A DNA stretch of 64,000 nucleotides from Eledone cirrhosa (GCA_964016885.1 OZ024741.1:113708001-113772000), one strand, 5' to 3'; numbered from the stretch's first letter, positions 1 to 15,350 are shown. Made by a program: numbers and translations. The notes: generated by a model not told the origin, from the sequence alone.

Positions 1-97
1 TGCTCAAGGAAACAACACATCACCTGGTCTGAGAATTGAACTCACAACCTTTCGATTGCAAAGCCAATGCTCTAACCACTAAGCCATGTGCCTCCAT
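1..97 (-). mobile_element. SINE family A head, cut by window edge
   Basis: Reverse complement of the 3061 head. Confidence 0.85.
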
Positions 98-154
98 TAT
101 ATATATACATACATACACACACACATATACATATATATATATATATATATATAC

Positions 155-456
155 TATAGAGTAAAGCATGTCCAGAGAATTATTTGATAATATATATACA
201 TCATCTCTACTCCCAATCAGCATAATTAACCACACAAAAAATCAATTAGACGAGGCTATAAGAATAAAAGGCATCTATGAAGAAACATTAAATAAATACT
301 CCATCGTGGCGTCTTCGCGTGCAACCGCTATAGAATATTTACCCAACATTTCGACAGCACGTGGAAATTAATTAAATACACGGTCAACCATACATAATTA
401 GGTAAACATTAATGTTAGAAATGCTTATATACATACCAGGACTAAATCACTAAATC

Positions 457-460
<4 letters not shown>
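155..460 (+). mobile_element. Probable Penelope-like endonuclease C-terminal remnant
   Basis: ORF 168-371 contains LDEAIRIK..TLN, like the EAIxIK..LN end of GIY-YIG domains; flanked by (TA)n. Confidence 0.4.
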
Positions 461-499
<39 letters not shown>

Positions 500-630
500 A
501 ATGTAATCTGAGTTTTTCGAATATTAATAATAACATTCGATTCGTTTGCAATTATACAAACAAGCCTCAATTTTATAGCCATGTCAGTAGAATGAACACT
601 TCATCCTTGCTCTTATGTTGGCATGCGAAC

Positions 631-840
631 ATGGATTGGCAGTATCGGTAGAGGGTCGGACGCCATGCTTTGCAGCATAGAGTTACGGCCCTTTATGATC
701 TGAGTTCAACTCCCGCCGAGGTTAACTTTGCCTTTCATCCTTACGGTGTTGATAAAATAAAGTACCAGTCACGCACTGGGGTTGATTTAATCGACTTTCC
801 CCTCCCCAAAAATTGCTGGCCTTGTGCCTATATAAGAAAC
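631..840 (+). mobile_element. tRNA-derived SINE family B; other copies ~24119-24291(-), 25105-25292(-), 33549-33735(+), 41565-41750(+), 50350-50490(+), 50850-51000(-), 56550-56660(-), 58021-58185(+), 59675-59820(+), 63750-63850(+)
   Basis: Head tggattggcagtatcggtag, B box gagttcaa.tc, conserved body gcctttcatccttacggggtcgataaaataaagtaccag; 21-bp TSD gttcttacataaaaatataat around the 24119 copy. Confidence 0.85.
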
Positions 841-1008
841 CACTAATGTCTCTGGGTATCACCCTTCATCAGTACAGCTCACTGTTCACCTGCCAAACTA
901 TCAGAGCTAGTGAAAATATATGCTATTTTCAAACGAATCGAATGTTATTATTAATGTTCGAAAAACTCAGATTACATTTATTGTATTCAGCCATGTAGAG
1001 CGAAATTT

Positions 1009-1121
<113 letters not shown>

Positions 1122-2639
1122 CAGAGAGAAAGAGAGAGAGAAATAGCTTCTACAGGACTAGAACTGTTTCATTCAAAAGATATCATCATTTAACATCTAT
1201 TTTCCCCACTAATAAAGGTTGGGTTGGGTTGGGTTAGTCATCATAGGCAAATCAGTACTCCAGCAGAGCTGCTGATCCTTAAGATAGGTCAGAGGCCTGC
1301 TTCATTTTTATATGTGTTCCTGTACTCTATCAATTGCTCCAATGAATCAGAGGCCCACATTTGACTTACATCCCATCCTCTGCTCTACCAAGATTATTTT
1401 ATCATGGAACCAATACTATGAGTATATATATGCATTCTCTCCTTTTTGTCTGGGCCTTCCTCAGTTTCAACAATGAATGTTCCAGTTTTTCAATAAACAA
1501 AACAGCCTGCTTAGAAATTAATGTGCAAATGATTGATGATTCCACAGACACATGTATGTTTCTCATGGAGATTCACAGTGTGTGATATAGCTGGACATTT
1601 GAATTAATAATAAAGACTTCCAAACAGTTTCTGTCTAACCAACTTCACTCACGAATAACAAATGCCTAAGATGCCACTTCAACATCATATGCCACACTCA
1701 CACACACATCTAATGTAAACTACAGCACACACATTAACAAATAATCTGAACATACATGATTCGCTCCCTTAAGTTATAGGTATTAGTGTGGATTTGGCAG
1801 GGAAATGAGTGAAGGGTAGGGATGGCTGATTAGTATATAGGGATGTGATCAATATGGTCGGTGGGCAGGTATATATTTGTATCTGTGTGATTGTTTCTGA
1901 AGAGACCAGTAAGAAAATCTCATTGTGGATTTTAGCTCCATAAAATGTGTTTTCTTCAAAACCAAAATGATTGTAAAACAATGAGTCAATACTCCTTCTT
2001 GTTTTCTTATTCTTTACCACACATACACACATGCTGACACACATACACACATGCACCATGTAACTTAAAATGAGAAGGCTATGATTTACCATTCTCTAAA
2101 ATAAGAGTGCTAATGTTTGATATTGTATAATATACTAAGGATATTAGTATAGAATGGAACTTTATATATATTATATTTGTCTAACCCATGCTAGCATGGA
2201 AAAATGGACATTAAAACATTAAATGATGATAGTGATGATAGTGATGAAATAAATTTAATTTCAGAATGAAAAATAGTCACACAGCTAACTACAAATCAGA
2301 AGGATGGATATGATATACGAGTGAACACAAATAACAAAATATTAACCAATAAATAGTTTGGAGTAGCTCAGATATAAGTATTTATAAATAAAAACTGCTC
2401 AAAAATCTGAATTAGTGTTCATAAGAAAAAGTGTTTTAAGCCTTTTTTTTTGTTTTCATAAATACAGCTAAATTTTATTTAGAAATGTAATCCATTAGAA
2501 TAAGAATATATGTGTATCATCTAAAAGTAATAGAGTGTCATGTAAGTAAGTACATTTCTCATATAACACCTATAAATTTGAATAATATTGCTTAAGTGTT
2601 GGTTAAAGTTTTCTAAACTTTCTGAAGAATGACCAATAT

Positions 2640-2689
<50 letters not shown>

Positions 2690-2725
2690 AAGGAATTGAA
2701 TTGAATTGCATCAATGTTTACCCTA

Positions 2726-2760
<35 letters not shown>

Positions 2761-2922
2761 GCATGTAAATGTGGCTGTGTGATCAAGAAAGGTTTTCCAA
2801 GAGGGAACAGAAAGTGACCACAGTTAAAGTACTCAATACATCAAATAGAGAAAGTACACAGTTGATTTCTATATGAAATAAATCATATTTACATGCACCC
2901 ACCCACCACACATACAACATAC

Positions 2923-3059
<137 letters not shown>

Positions 3060-3060
3060 T

Positions 3061-3398
3061 GGAGGCACATGTCTTAGTGGTTAGAGCATTGGCCTTGCAA
3101 TCGAAAGATTGTGAGTTCAATTCTCAGACCGGGTGATGTGTTGTTTCCTTGAGCAAGACACTTTATTTCACATTGCTCCAGTTTACTCAGCTGTAGAAAT
3201 GAGATGATAGGGACTGGGGTCCATATCATACCACTGCAAAGTCGTCGTGGAGGTGCCATGGTAAAAAAGCACTCACCACTCACTGTAAATGAGGTTGGTG
3301 TTAGGAAGGGCATCCAGCTGTAGAAATCGAGCCAGAATCAGTTCCTTGCAAGCAGGGAAAAAGCAGACGTAAAATGAAATGATGATGATGATGATGAT
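3061..3398 (+). mobile_element. tRNA-derived CORE-type SINE with RTE-derived tail (family A)
   Basis: A box tgtcttagtgg, B box gagttcaattc, core ccttgagcaagacactt, LINE-like tail, (GAT)n end. Confidence 0.9.
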
Positions 3399-6300
3399 GT
3401 ATATACACACATGCACATGCATATATATATATATCATCACTATCACCATTTAATGTCTATTTTCCATGCTTGCATCGATTATACAGCTGTTGCATACCGA
3501 AACCAGTCAGATGACTAGGCTTAAATTCCGGGTGGTTCTAGGTTGGTAGGTATGGATCATTGGCCTCAAGGATTGTATGTTAGTGTAAGACATAGGTACT
3601 ATTTTTGTATGTGGTGCATATTTTGGTCACCAGTTTAGATTTTTATTTATTTATTAATGTTTCCTTCTCAAACAAAATGCAACGGTTCTCCTTGGCTGAG
3701 CATAAGTTGCAAAAAGAAGAAGAAATAGTAAAAGTAGTATGGACTCATGAAGCTCGCCACACTTGGAGGCCCTGCAAATGTCATAGTCCCCACTTCTTTG
3801 ACTAACTAAAATGAAAGTTCTCACCAGGCACTGAATTCTACTTTACCTAGTATTTAGAAACATGCTAAATATTTTCAGATATTAATATAGTGAGCTATAT
3901 TCCAGTAGTAAAGTTTAAAGATTATGACATTTTAGCTTATAGAAATACTTAAAAAATAACCTTTATTTGTTAGATTAAACATTTATTATATTATGATAAA
4001 TGTTTGTAGTAATTACCTTTGCATTCTTCTCTTAAAATTAATCTATTATTTACATTCTCCATCCTTTGGGTGTCTGCAGTGAAAATAAAATAAGTTCAAT
4101 GCGAATATTATTCAATCTTAAACATTTCTTAACTAGTTTAAATTAATATTCACTGTAAAGTCTTTTCTTACATATAAAATATGTTATTTCTAGCAACTAA
4201 CACGAATATATAATCTGCTAACAACTATTACTGCAGCTTTGGTATAATATTAACTCTCCCACTGCAAGGTGGTCTTGGAGGTGCCACAGCAAAAAAGCAC
4301 CCACCCCACACTGTAAAGTGGACGTGTAGGTGCCACGGAAAAAGCACCCAGCACTCACTGTAAATGAGGTTGGTGTTAGGAAGGGCATCTAGCTGTAGAA
4401 ATCAAGCCAAAATCAGTTCCTGTATGAGCAAGGCATGGTCAGCCGACCAGACACTGCCCACAACAGGACAACCCGGCTAACCCATGCTAGCATGGTAGAA
4501 CGGACGTAAAAGGGTGATGATGATGATGATTAACCAAAAGATGACTAACTCAACTAATTTAGATGAATCTTTGAAACATTGCCTTGAGAATAGAATAGTA
4601 TGGAGCTCTGTTAGTTTTGATGGTGAGTCTTCTAGTTGTTCAATCAACCAAGAGTCTCTGCTTGTGAAATTAAAGTATAATTGTCTGAGTGTTCCATAGG
4701 CATGTCTACCCTCAAAGTAATTGTCAGTGAAATTGAGCTTATCTTATAACAAGGTAAGTTCTTTGTATTGCTAGTACAATCCATCCAACAGGCTTTCAAA
4801 TAATTTCTGCCTACCCAGTTTAATTAAGAAGGTTTGGGTTAGCACAACATCATCATCATCATGGTCCCCTAACCCCTTTTGTGGGTCTTTGGGACACTGC
4901 AGTGCTGATAATTGCACCAACTCTCTCCATCTCTGGCAGTCATAGGTAATGGCAAAAGGCACCCAAGATGTTATACAGTGGGATTGAACTCAAAACCTTA
5001 TGATTGGGAAGCAAACTTAACCATTTTTGCCATGTTGCACTCACTTTGAAACAGTATATGTAATTAGAGAGATCACAGATTTGAGAATAATTCAATAACT
5101 GAACAAGGCTGAAGTATATATTCTGACCATGAAATGATTGTAGGGTCTAGCATTTGTAGTAAGTTAGTGGGGATTTTAGCAGTTTTAACATAAGATCAAT
5201 TGAAGGGCACAAAACTGAGCTGTTTTTGAAAATCTAAGTTGGCAATTTTGTGTTGTGTGTATGTGTTGCTGTTGTTGTTGTGTGTGTGTATGTGAGGCTG
5301 CAAGTAGCTGTCCTTGCCTAAGGTATAAAATAAATAATTTGGCATCAACCCTAGGTTATAACATTATGACAGTGTTTCCTTAATATGTGTAATAGTCTTT
5401 TATTTTATTTTCATGTTGTTAAAAATATATATGCTGTCTTTTCCTTCTTGAAAGATATTTCCAAAATTCCTATTCATATATATTTGGCATAGCGTCTTTT
5501 GTTGTGTATATATGAAACCTGTATAACACTTTCTTTGCTATATTTCTAAAGATAGCCTCTTTAACACAATATATTATGTAATAATTCTTGAGTCTAGTGC
5601 CACAGACTATTCAACCATCTTGACAAATGCAATTTAACTGGAAACTTCCATTCAAAGTGATGATACCCTGCTTCTCATCTTTTTAACCTATATTATCCAT
5701 TTTGATACCAAATTGCCTGATATCACACCTGCTTATGATACAAATATGTAGATTTTAAAATGTTTATCTAAAGCCTTTGCAACATAACTTCATATAAAAA
5801 CTTTTATGTTCTAAACACCAACTAAACAATGAGAAAGTTAGCTATATTACTAAATCTCTCCAAATTCTTGAATGTTAAAATATGTATATATATTTGAAAA
5901 TCATAAGCAGTATCTTTCATTACAAATATAGTAAAGAAACACTATGCCAAATATATATATACATGACAAAGAAACACTATGCCAAATATATATAAACAGA
6001 GATTTTGGAAATAGCTTTCAATAGGGAAAAGGCACTCTCACTGATACAAATGATGGCGGTATCATAAGCTGATGACATAATTAGATAACACTGAATGCTT
6101 TGCTGATATCAACTAACCCGAACAACATTGTATTTGTACAAAGACACTAATATGTGATCAAGTAAAGCTGGTCCTATAGTTGATCTGTTTCAACAAATGA
6201 CAAACAAATGGTTCCTTTAGTAGGAAAAGGCATTTAGTTAATGAAGGAGGAGGTTGCTTACAACTATTTCTATCATCTGTGGAGAAATGAGGTTAGAGAT

Positions 6301-7569
6301 CAGTAATCAGAGAGATTTACTCATTTTTTCCAGAGACATTTTGTCATTTCACCTCTAAATTTAATCATTAATTTTCTATCACTTAAGCCTTTCATTACTA
6401 TATATCTAATGAAATACACTGCCTATGGTCTTCAAATAAATTTGAAAATAATCAAGAATTTGGAAAAATTTAGTAATAGAATTAACTTTCTCATTATTAA
6501 GCTGCTGTTCTGAGGTGAACTTAACAAAGGTTCATTTATGAAATTATAAAAGAAGGTTTCTAGATAAATATGAACAGTTTTATATCATACAACCAGGGGC
6601 AGATTCAGAATGTTTGGTGTTATAAGAATAAAGTGTTTGTAGATTTCAGAACAGCTAGGTCATGGCATATTTCTAGCACGATAAAAATTTTAAACGAAGA
6701 ATTTAACATTTGTCTGAATAAGTACTTGCCATTAGCTGTTCTTTTACTGCTCTCACTTTCTTTCTCTCTCTGCCTCTCTCTACACACACATATATATATA
6801 TCACATATGGATAGCCTATGGCTACTGCTCATGCATTTAAACTAATCAATATATAATATTGCTATTTTTATTTGTATATTAGTATTTAATATAATGTGTG
6901 TGTGCATGTGTACTTCAATACAGTCTGATGTTAACAAATCCATACTACATGTATTTCAAAACACGAGTATACTTCATTAGCTTCTCTTCGGGTGTACATA
7001 TTTGTAAAGTACCTCTGTATAAACATCTTGCAAATATGAGCTATTAAACATCAGAATATATTGAAACATATAACTCTTCCCACAAGATAGAATTCTCTCC
7101 ACACCTTTAGATATTCCAAATTCTAACTGCTACAGTTCTCTCTTTATATATATATATAAATAAACACAGAGAGAGAGAATGTTTGTGGTGGGAAGACTGA
7201 GAAGATCACAAATCACAGTGGTACTCAATACCTTTTGGGATGCAGAGAGTGTATATTAATGAGATGAAAATTCAACCTCAAGCTCGGACAGCTTGAGCTT
7301 ATAACCTCGGCTGCCTTCATCACAAATACTAATGTATTCAATATTCATGAAGAAGCTTGCTGAGAGTGCTGCTCAAGCTTGCAGTTGAATCTTCATTTCA
7401 TTAATATATATATTTATATATATACATACATATATATAGAGGAACAGAATCAGGACCCCGATGGCTGAGCTCCGGCTGTTTCGAAAGCTAGATCCGAACT
7501 GGTGCATTATGGTCCACCTGGTATCTTACCACACCTTCTTTGTTTATACATATATATATATACAAATTA

Positions 7570-7860
7570 GGCAACTTGTGTTACACAGGGAGCCCAGAGG
7601 TTAAGTTGAAAAGTTGTAGAAAATAAATCCAATTAATCAACTCTAAACCATTTTTGAGAACAAATTTTGTTTTGTGAGGAAAGCAACCAAAGCAATCAAG
7701 GTATTATTTAAGCAGCGTTTCCCTGAACCCAGTTGTGAGAGTATATTCCACTTCTCCGAGTTTCACAGCTGGCAAAATTTTGTCCCATTGATATAGGGAG
7801 TTGAATTTTCTAGTATCCTCCATTTGATGGAGAACACTGTGCTGTTATTTTTTAGGTTTC
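7570..7860 (-). mobile_element. Decayed Penelope-like GIY-YIG C-terminal fragment
   Basis: Minus-strand translation LKNNSTVFSIKWRILENSTPYINGTKFCQL*NSEKWNIL parallels LKDNYTQYKLHWEILARARSYNGNKRPCDLCAAEALEIL at 11250-11370. Confidence 0.68.
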
Positions 7861-9236
7861 ACTCTCTGAATTGAAGCCTTCTCAGTCTTCCCACCACAGA
7901 CATTCAATATATATATAATGCATCCACAGTGTGGAGAACTGGGAAGACCTACTACCTAGGATAGAATTTAATAGATGTTTTAGTGCAGAGAAGATATAAA
8001 AATAAAGTAAAATGTCAATGAAAGCTCTCTAACTTTCAACTAACATGCAATTTATATTATATGTATGTGTTTAGGTTTTCTATGGCTGGATGCCCTTCCT
8101 AACCCCAACCATATCGATAGTGTTGTCTGGGTGCTTTTTGCCGTGTCTTTTACACGTCCAATTTATATATATAATTAAATATTAAATTAGTTTCTAATAC
8201 TTAAACATCTCAATGAATGGATAAAATATATAGATAAGATATCAATCAGAGAAGCAATATGACATATCTAATTTATGTGAAACAACTCTATTTATGGGAA
8301 TCCATGGTAGGGAGGTAGATATATAAGTGAGATAGACTAAAACTTTTTTGCGTCTGTCTGGCTTATACTGCCATAAATAGTTTTTTCACTTAAATTTAAT
8401 ATGTAATATATATATATGTGTGTGTGTATAAGTGTATATATATATATATATATATACATACATATATGTATATATATATATATGTGTGTGTGTATAAGTG
8501 TATATATATATATATATATACATACATATATGTACTCTTACCCAACTACACCTCTCAAAGTCAATGACACACGACCGTGACTTCTGGCGTCACGCAGTAA
8601 TACAGGGTACCCGACCTCCCATGGGTACATGCTGAAGCATATAAACAATATGCCCCCCCCCCCCCCCCCACCGCAAGGTGGTCATGGAGGTGCCACGGCA
8701 AAAAAGCACCCAGCCCACACTGTAAAGTGGACGTGTAGGCGCCACGAAAAAGCACCCAGCACTCACTGTAAATGAGGTTGGTGTTAGGAAGGGCATCCAG
8801 CTGTAGAAATCAAGCCAGATCAGTTCCTGTATGAGCAAGGCATGGTCAGCCGACCAGACACTGCCCACAACAGGACAACCCGTCTAACCCATGCTAGCGT
8901 GGAAGAACGGACGTAAAACGGTGATGATGATATATGTGTGTGTGTGTGTATAAGTGTATATATATATATACATACATATATATGTATGTATTCATATGTA
9001 TGTATATATATGTGTATATATATGTATGTAAATATATATATATGTATGTATATATATATATATATATATGTATGTGTATGTATATATGTGTGTGTATATA
9101 TATATATATACACACACATATATATATATATACACACACATATATACATACACATACATATATATATATACATACATATATATATATTTACATAGATATA
9201 CATACACATATATATACATACATATGAATACATACA

Positions 9237-10143
9237 GTTGCATGGCAGTGAGACCTGGGCATTGTGTGCAGAGGATATACGCAGACTAGAGAGGAACGAA
9301 GCTTGCATGCTCCGCTGGATGTGTAATAGTAATATACGCGAACGGCAAAGCATAAACCAACTAAGGGAAAAATTAGAAATAAGAGGGATCAGATGTTGTT
9401 TAGTCGAGAGAAGGCTACGTTGATATGGTCACGTGATGCGCATGAAAGACGGCAGCTGTATAAAAAAGTGCAGGGCAATAAAGATAGACGGTAGCCACGG
9501 AGTAGGCAGACCCAGAAAAACCTGGGACGACCTGATAAATTCCGACCTCACACACTTACACCTCTCCAAGACAATGTCACTGGACCGAGATCTTTGGCGG
9601 TACTCAGTAATAGAGAAGACCCGCCTTACCTGAAATACAAAGTAAAACCTACTACAGTCAGTAGGCATCTCTAACAAAACACACCCCCGTCCCACCACCC
9701 CGACCCCATCCACACCGCCCCTTTCAATGTAAAGTTATGTTGGTGCCACAACATCCAGGCCGAAACAAATGAGATCGTGTAGGTGTCACGACAAAAAAAC
9801 ACACAGTCCACGCTGTAATGTGGCCGTGTAGACAACACGGTAAAAACCTCCCAGACCCACACTGTAAATGTGGTTGGTGTTAGGAAGGGCATCCAGCTGT
9901 AGAAAACCCGCCAGACAGTCCACGCTGTAATGTGGCTGTGTAGGCAACACGGTAAAATCCTCCCAGCCCCACACTGTAAATGTGGTTGGTGTTAGGAAGG
10001 GCATCCAGCTGTAGAAAACCCGCCAGACAGTCCTATGCGAGCAAGACAACCACTCTTGCCTCAAGTGGGAAAACTCCCGTCCAAACCCATGCAAGCGTGG
10101 AACATGGACGTTAAACGATGATGATGATGATGATGATGATGAT
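9237..10143 (+). mobile_element. 5'-truncated RTE LINE, same family as 19130-22173
   Basis: [22 protein letters not shown], 3'UTR with an internal duplication (~9790-10030), GAT tail. Confidence 0.9.
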
Positions 10144-10148
10144 ATATA

Positions 10149-10780
10149 TTCTTTTTCTAAGGCGGGTAAAATTCCCGAGATCCATGGACGAGTTCTCTCC
10201 AGCGGTCTCTGTCCCTCATTATCGCTGCCATGTCCTGCGTCTCCAACAGACCAGTGTCTATCCTTAGGGCATCAACATACGTTAACCTTGGTCTTCCTCT
10301 TCTAGTGTGTCCATGTAGGGGCTCCCAAAGGAGCACTGAGTGCAATGTCAACTAGAGGGGATCACTAATGTAGGCGGGAAGCCGCTAGAATTGGTTGAGG
10401 GCTTCCTGTATTTGGGAGCAAAGATTGGGAATGCGGAAGATGATGTGGTTGAGAGGAAGAGCAAGGCCTGGGCGGCGTGCCACAGCTTGAGATCGGTGTG
10501 GAAGTCGGACCTTCGTAGAGACCTGAAAATCCGCCTCTTCATTGCTGTAGTGGAGTCTGTGCTGCTGTATGGGTCTGAGACTTGGACACTGACCAAGAAA
10601 CTCACTCAGATGGTGGATGGGTGCTACACGAGAATGCTGAGGATGGTTCTGAACATTAATCAGTATACACTGAGGATGAAAAACTCAGAGCTGTATGGGA
10701 GCATCCCAAAAGTCAGCTCAAAAGTGACACAGAGGAGACTGAGGTTGGCTGGACATGCTCACCGACATCCAGAGTTGACA
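10149..10780 (-). mobile_element. 5'-inverted RTE LINE fragment of a different family
   Basis: Plus arm 10354-10780 (FLYLG, ESVLLYGSETW, RRLRLAGHAHRHPELT) continues in protein sequence into the minus arm 10353-10157 (LTLHSVLLWEP..RGRPRLTYVD..DRDRWR). Confidence 0.88.
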
Positions 10781-10796
10781 TATATATATATATATA

Positions 10797-10928
10797 AGGC
10801 TTCTCCCTCAAAATGAAAGGCAGACTGTATGATGCATGTATCCGAACAGCGATGTTGCATGGTAGTGAGACCTGGGCGTTAAAGGTGGAAGACTTACGTA
10901 GATTAGAGAGAAACGAAGCCTGCATGCT
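10797..10928 (+). mobile_element. Short RTE LINE fragment
   Basis: [44 protein letters not shown]. Confidence 0.85.
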
Positions 10929-12479
10929 ATTAAAATTTCTTACTCTACGACTCCTAACCTTGCACATAACATCACAGCTTCAAATTTAGCTAAACTACCT
11001 AGCCGTAGGAACACGTGCAACCCTGTAGTTGGTACTAACTGTAATTGTAGGAATCGGGCTGATTGCCCCCTATCCGGGAAATGCCTCTCTAGTAACATTG
11101 TCTACAAATGTAAGGTTGTAACACCCACGTCCCGTAGGGCCTACATAGGGTTAACCGCCAATAGTTTAAAGCAGCGTCTTTACATGCATACCCATTCTTT
11201 TCGTTACCCTCTAAGAAGGAATATGACGTCACTTTCAGCTTATATCTGGAGTCTAAAAGACAACTACACCCAATATAAGTTACACTGGGAGATCCTAGCT
11301 AGGGCTAGATCGTATAACGGAAATAAAAGACCATGTGACCTCTGCGCCGCTGAGGCCCTGGAAATACTCTACGCCACAGACCACATCTTAAACAAAAAAT
11401 CTGAGGCAATTTCGGCTTGTAAACATAAATTGCACAAAACTTTCCTGTATTACAGCCCACGTTATGCCCTAACGGATAGTACGATCTATACGTGGATATT
11501 TTACGTCTTGATGTGGGAGCTAAGTATATGTTTTGTTTATTCCTTTACTTATTTGCATAGGTAAGTATATATTACCCGTATGTTTTGTGAAGGTATGTAT
11601 ACCTTCTCGTACGTATATTTGATTGTTATGGCGTATAATTTTTTTATATATATATATGGTATTTAGGGTTTGGCTATGTGTATACGGGAGTTTTGCGTCT
11701 ACGTGAGTATGCAGGTTCGTACGTATGGTGGGTGTGTGTATATATGTACTTCTTGTTTTAGTTGACTTACGTCTCCGAACTTTCGTGTATTTATTTGTAG
11801 GTATGTGTGTGCGCTTGTTATATACGTATTTATTTACTTATATACGTTTATATAATTATTTATTTATTTGTACACAAGCATACACACACACACATATTTA
11901 TATGTGCGTGGTTTTGTATACCTATGGTAAGGTTTTGCGTATGCTTGTGTATGTACGTATTTGTTTGCGTGTATGTATTTATTTATTTCTATTACTTCTG
12001 TATTGTATTTATTTACTTTGTTCTTAACCCTGTAGCGGATATTCATTTGGTCCCCTAGTTAGAATTTTAGTCTACGACTTCTGCTATACCATTTACGTGG
12101 TTTTGTCTTTGCGTGCTATTGTTCTCCACGCACCACATATGGCTTATTATCTTCGTTTTTTCGTTCATTGCCAGAGAACGTCTCTTTGCACCACCTAAGA
12201 GAATATTAGTCTACGACCTCTTTTATACCATAAACGTGGTTCTTTCTTTGCGCGTAATTGTTTTTCACCGCTCCTATTAATGACGTATTATTCGTTTTTT
12301 CCCGTTCTTTGCCAGCGAACTTTCCCACGAACCAAAGTATCGTCTTCCTGTCTTCCTCCGGGTGCAACGTTTTTTGAAATATCCAGTTCTGCGTTTACAG
12401 ATTGACTTTGTTAGTTTCAGAAGATCCCGTTAAGGGTGAAAGCAGCGATTCTTTGCTTAAACTTTAATCTGTTATTTTA

Positions 12480-12485
<6 letters not shown>
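10929..12485 (+). mobile_element. Penelope-like element 3' portion (GIY-YIG endonuclease plus 3' region)
   Basis: Open frame from 10929: KISYSTTPN..CNCRNRADCPLSGKCLSSNIVYKC..YIGLT..KQR..H..SF..TSLSAYIWSLK..CDLC..E..LNKKSE..CKH. Followed by two ~140-bp direct repeats (12060-12320) and a hammerhead-like end. Assignment of the distal 3' part to the same element is inferred. Confidence 0.82.
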
Positions 12486-12514
<29 letters not shown>

Positions 12515-12640
12515 GGAAAATTTAAACAGGAACAAAACAGAGAGGCAGTACAACGAATGTTTATTAATTTCACGCTCTTGAGAGTGGGGCGAAGTATATA
12601 TATATATATATATATAAGAATATATATATATATATGCATA

Positions 12641-13464
<824 letters not shown>

Positions 13465-13993
13465 TTTCAAGCTTATTTTCAAGCCCCACTTTCCCCCATG
13501 GCGATTGGACTGCATGCCCTGCTTTCCAGGTTACCATTCGCCACTGATATATCATATATGTATATATATATATATATATATATTTGATATAAATATGATA
13601 TCATCCTCATCATCACCGTTTTACGTCCGTTTTTCCACGCTAGCATGGGTTAGACGGGTTGTCCTGTTGTGGGCAGTGTCTGATCAGCTGACCATGCCTT
13701 GCTCATACGGGAATTGATTCTGGCTTGATTTCTACAGCTGGATGCCCTTCCTAACACCAACCTCATTAACAGTGAGTGTTGGGTGCTTTTTTCCATGGCG
13801 CCTACACGTCCACTTTACAGTGTGGGCTGGGTGCTTTTTTGCCATGGCACCTCCACAACCACTTTGAAGTGAGAGGGTGTGGGGGTATTGTCTATATGCT
13901 TCAGCTTCAGCTTGTACCCGTGGGGGGTCGGGTCTTTTGTATTTTTACGTGACGCCAGAGGTCATGGTCATGTATATATATATATATATATAT

Positions 13994-14245
13994 GGAGGCA
14001 CATGACTTAGTGGTTAGAGCATTGGCCTTGCAAAGGTTGTGAGTTCAATTCTCAGACCGGGTGATGTGTTGTTTCCTTGAGCAAGACACTTTATTTCACA
14101 TTGCTCCAGTTTCCTCAGCTGTAGAAATGAGATGATAGGTGTTAGGAAGGGCATCCAGCTATAGAAATCAAGCCAGTATCTGTTCCCGTCCCACCCTTGC
14201 AAGCAGGGAAAAGCGGACGTAAAATGAAATGATGATGATGATGAT
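13994..14245 (+). mobile_element. SINE family A (internally deleted)
   Basis: Near identity to the 3061 copy with deletions. Confidence 0.88.
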
Positions 14246-14267
14246 ATGTATATATATATATATATAT

Positions 14268-14480
14268 TAGAAAGTGAGGTTTTTTTTACAAAATGAAAAA
14301 AAACCGAGGTGTCCTACAAGAGTGAAATTATAAGGAAAAAAGATGAAATCGAAAATGCAGCTGGAGTCTTCTTTTTTTTTTAAACATATATTTATTTGGT
14401 TCCTTTACCGGTTTCGCAGTTCCTTTGATTTTCAAAAGTAGAATTGAGATGGAGGGTTTGTGGTTTTCCTCACATCTGGC
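14268..14480 (-). repeat. Dispersed repeat, likely a Penelope-like terminal segment; copies 27464-27824 and 57155-57300
   Basis: Shared ggagtctt..accggtttcgcagtt..tttcaaaagta..ttgagatgga; contains a degenerate hammerhead-like core. Confidence 0.6.
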
Positions 14481-15309
14481 TGGTGTTTAAATGTTACTTC
14501 TGTTTTATATGGAAAAAGGTGGTTAAAAATGCTAGGTTTTTAGAGAAGTAATTTGGCTGGTTGGTGAATACGTATAATAAATTTCGCGCCAGTTCACGTT
14601 ACAAAGTTCTTATTATATTTGCCTTCAAAAAAAAGGGGGGGGGGGGGGGGGCTCAGGTTGTTTTTCATATATGAGTGAAGTTTGGTTAGTTGATGCAGTC
14701 ACGTGAATAAGCACATCAGCTTTCGTGCCAGTTTGTTTGAATTCTTTTTACTTTAAAAAAAAAGGTGGCTCAGGAAGGCTTTTTTTTATAAATGTAATTT
14801 GATTGGTTATAAATGAAATTATGACTGTCATGTGAACAATTACATTAAATCTCGTACCTGCATTTAGGAATTTTTATGTAGCTATTTAGAGAATTTTGTG
14901 CCAAACAAAAGATAATGGTCAAGAAAAACGGGATGGTGAGAATTGTTCTGGTTCAGTGAATATGGCTAGTGTGCTGGGGTGTCAAAATTCAGACTTTCTA
15001 TTGGAATAAAGAAAGTAGAGATATGTATGTTTATTTGTGTGCTTGTGTGTGTAGGAAGATGATTCTATTAGTAGAAATGGGGGAGGGAGTTGTGTGTGTG
15101 TGTATGTGTGTGTGGGAGTATGGTTAGCATGTTAAGATGGCAAGAATATATATATTTTGTGTGTGCTTGTAGGAAAACGATTCCATTAGTAGAAATGGGG
15201 GAGGGAGTTATGTGTGTGTTTGGGAGAGGGTTTAGCATGTTAAGGTGTTAGAGTATTCACATATGTTAAGGTTTATTTAGTTCTGGTTTTTATTTTTTAA
15301 AATAGGTGT

Positions 15310-15350
<41 letters not shown>

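Noticed and set aside
3061-3135. tRNA gene
   Set aside because: tRNA-like SINE head continuing into core and LINE tail; no proper acceptor stem.
3074-3313. Recurrent 79-aa ORF MPFLTPTSFTVS.. (also 35829, 37547, 43287)
   Set aside because: Antisense reading of SINE family A, not a gene family.
10797-11564. RTE-Penelope fusion protein
   Set aside because: The two fragments abut in different reading frames; more simply nested or adjacent insertions.
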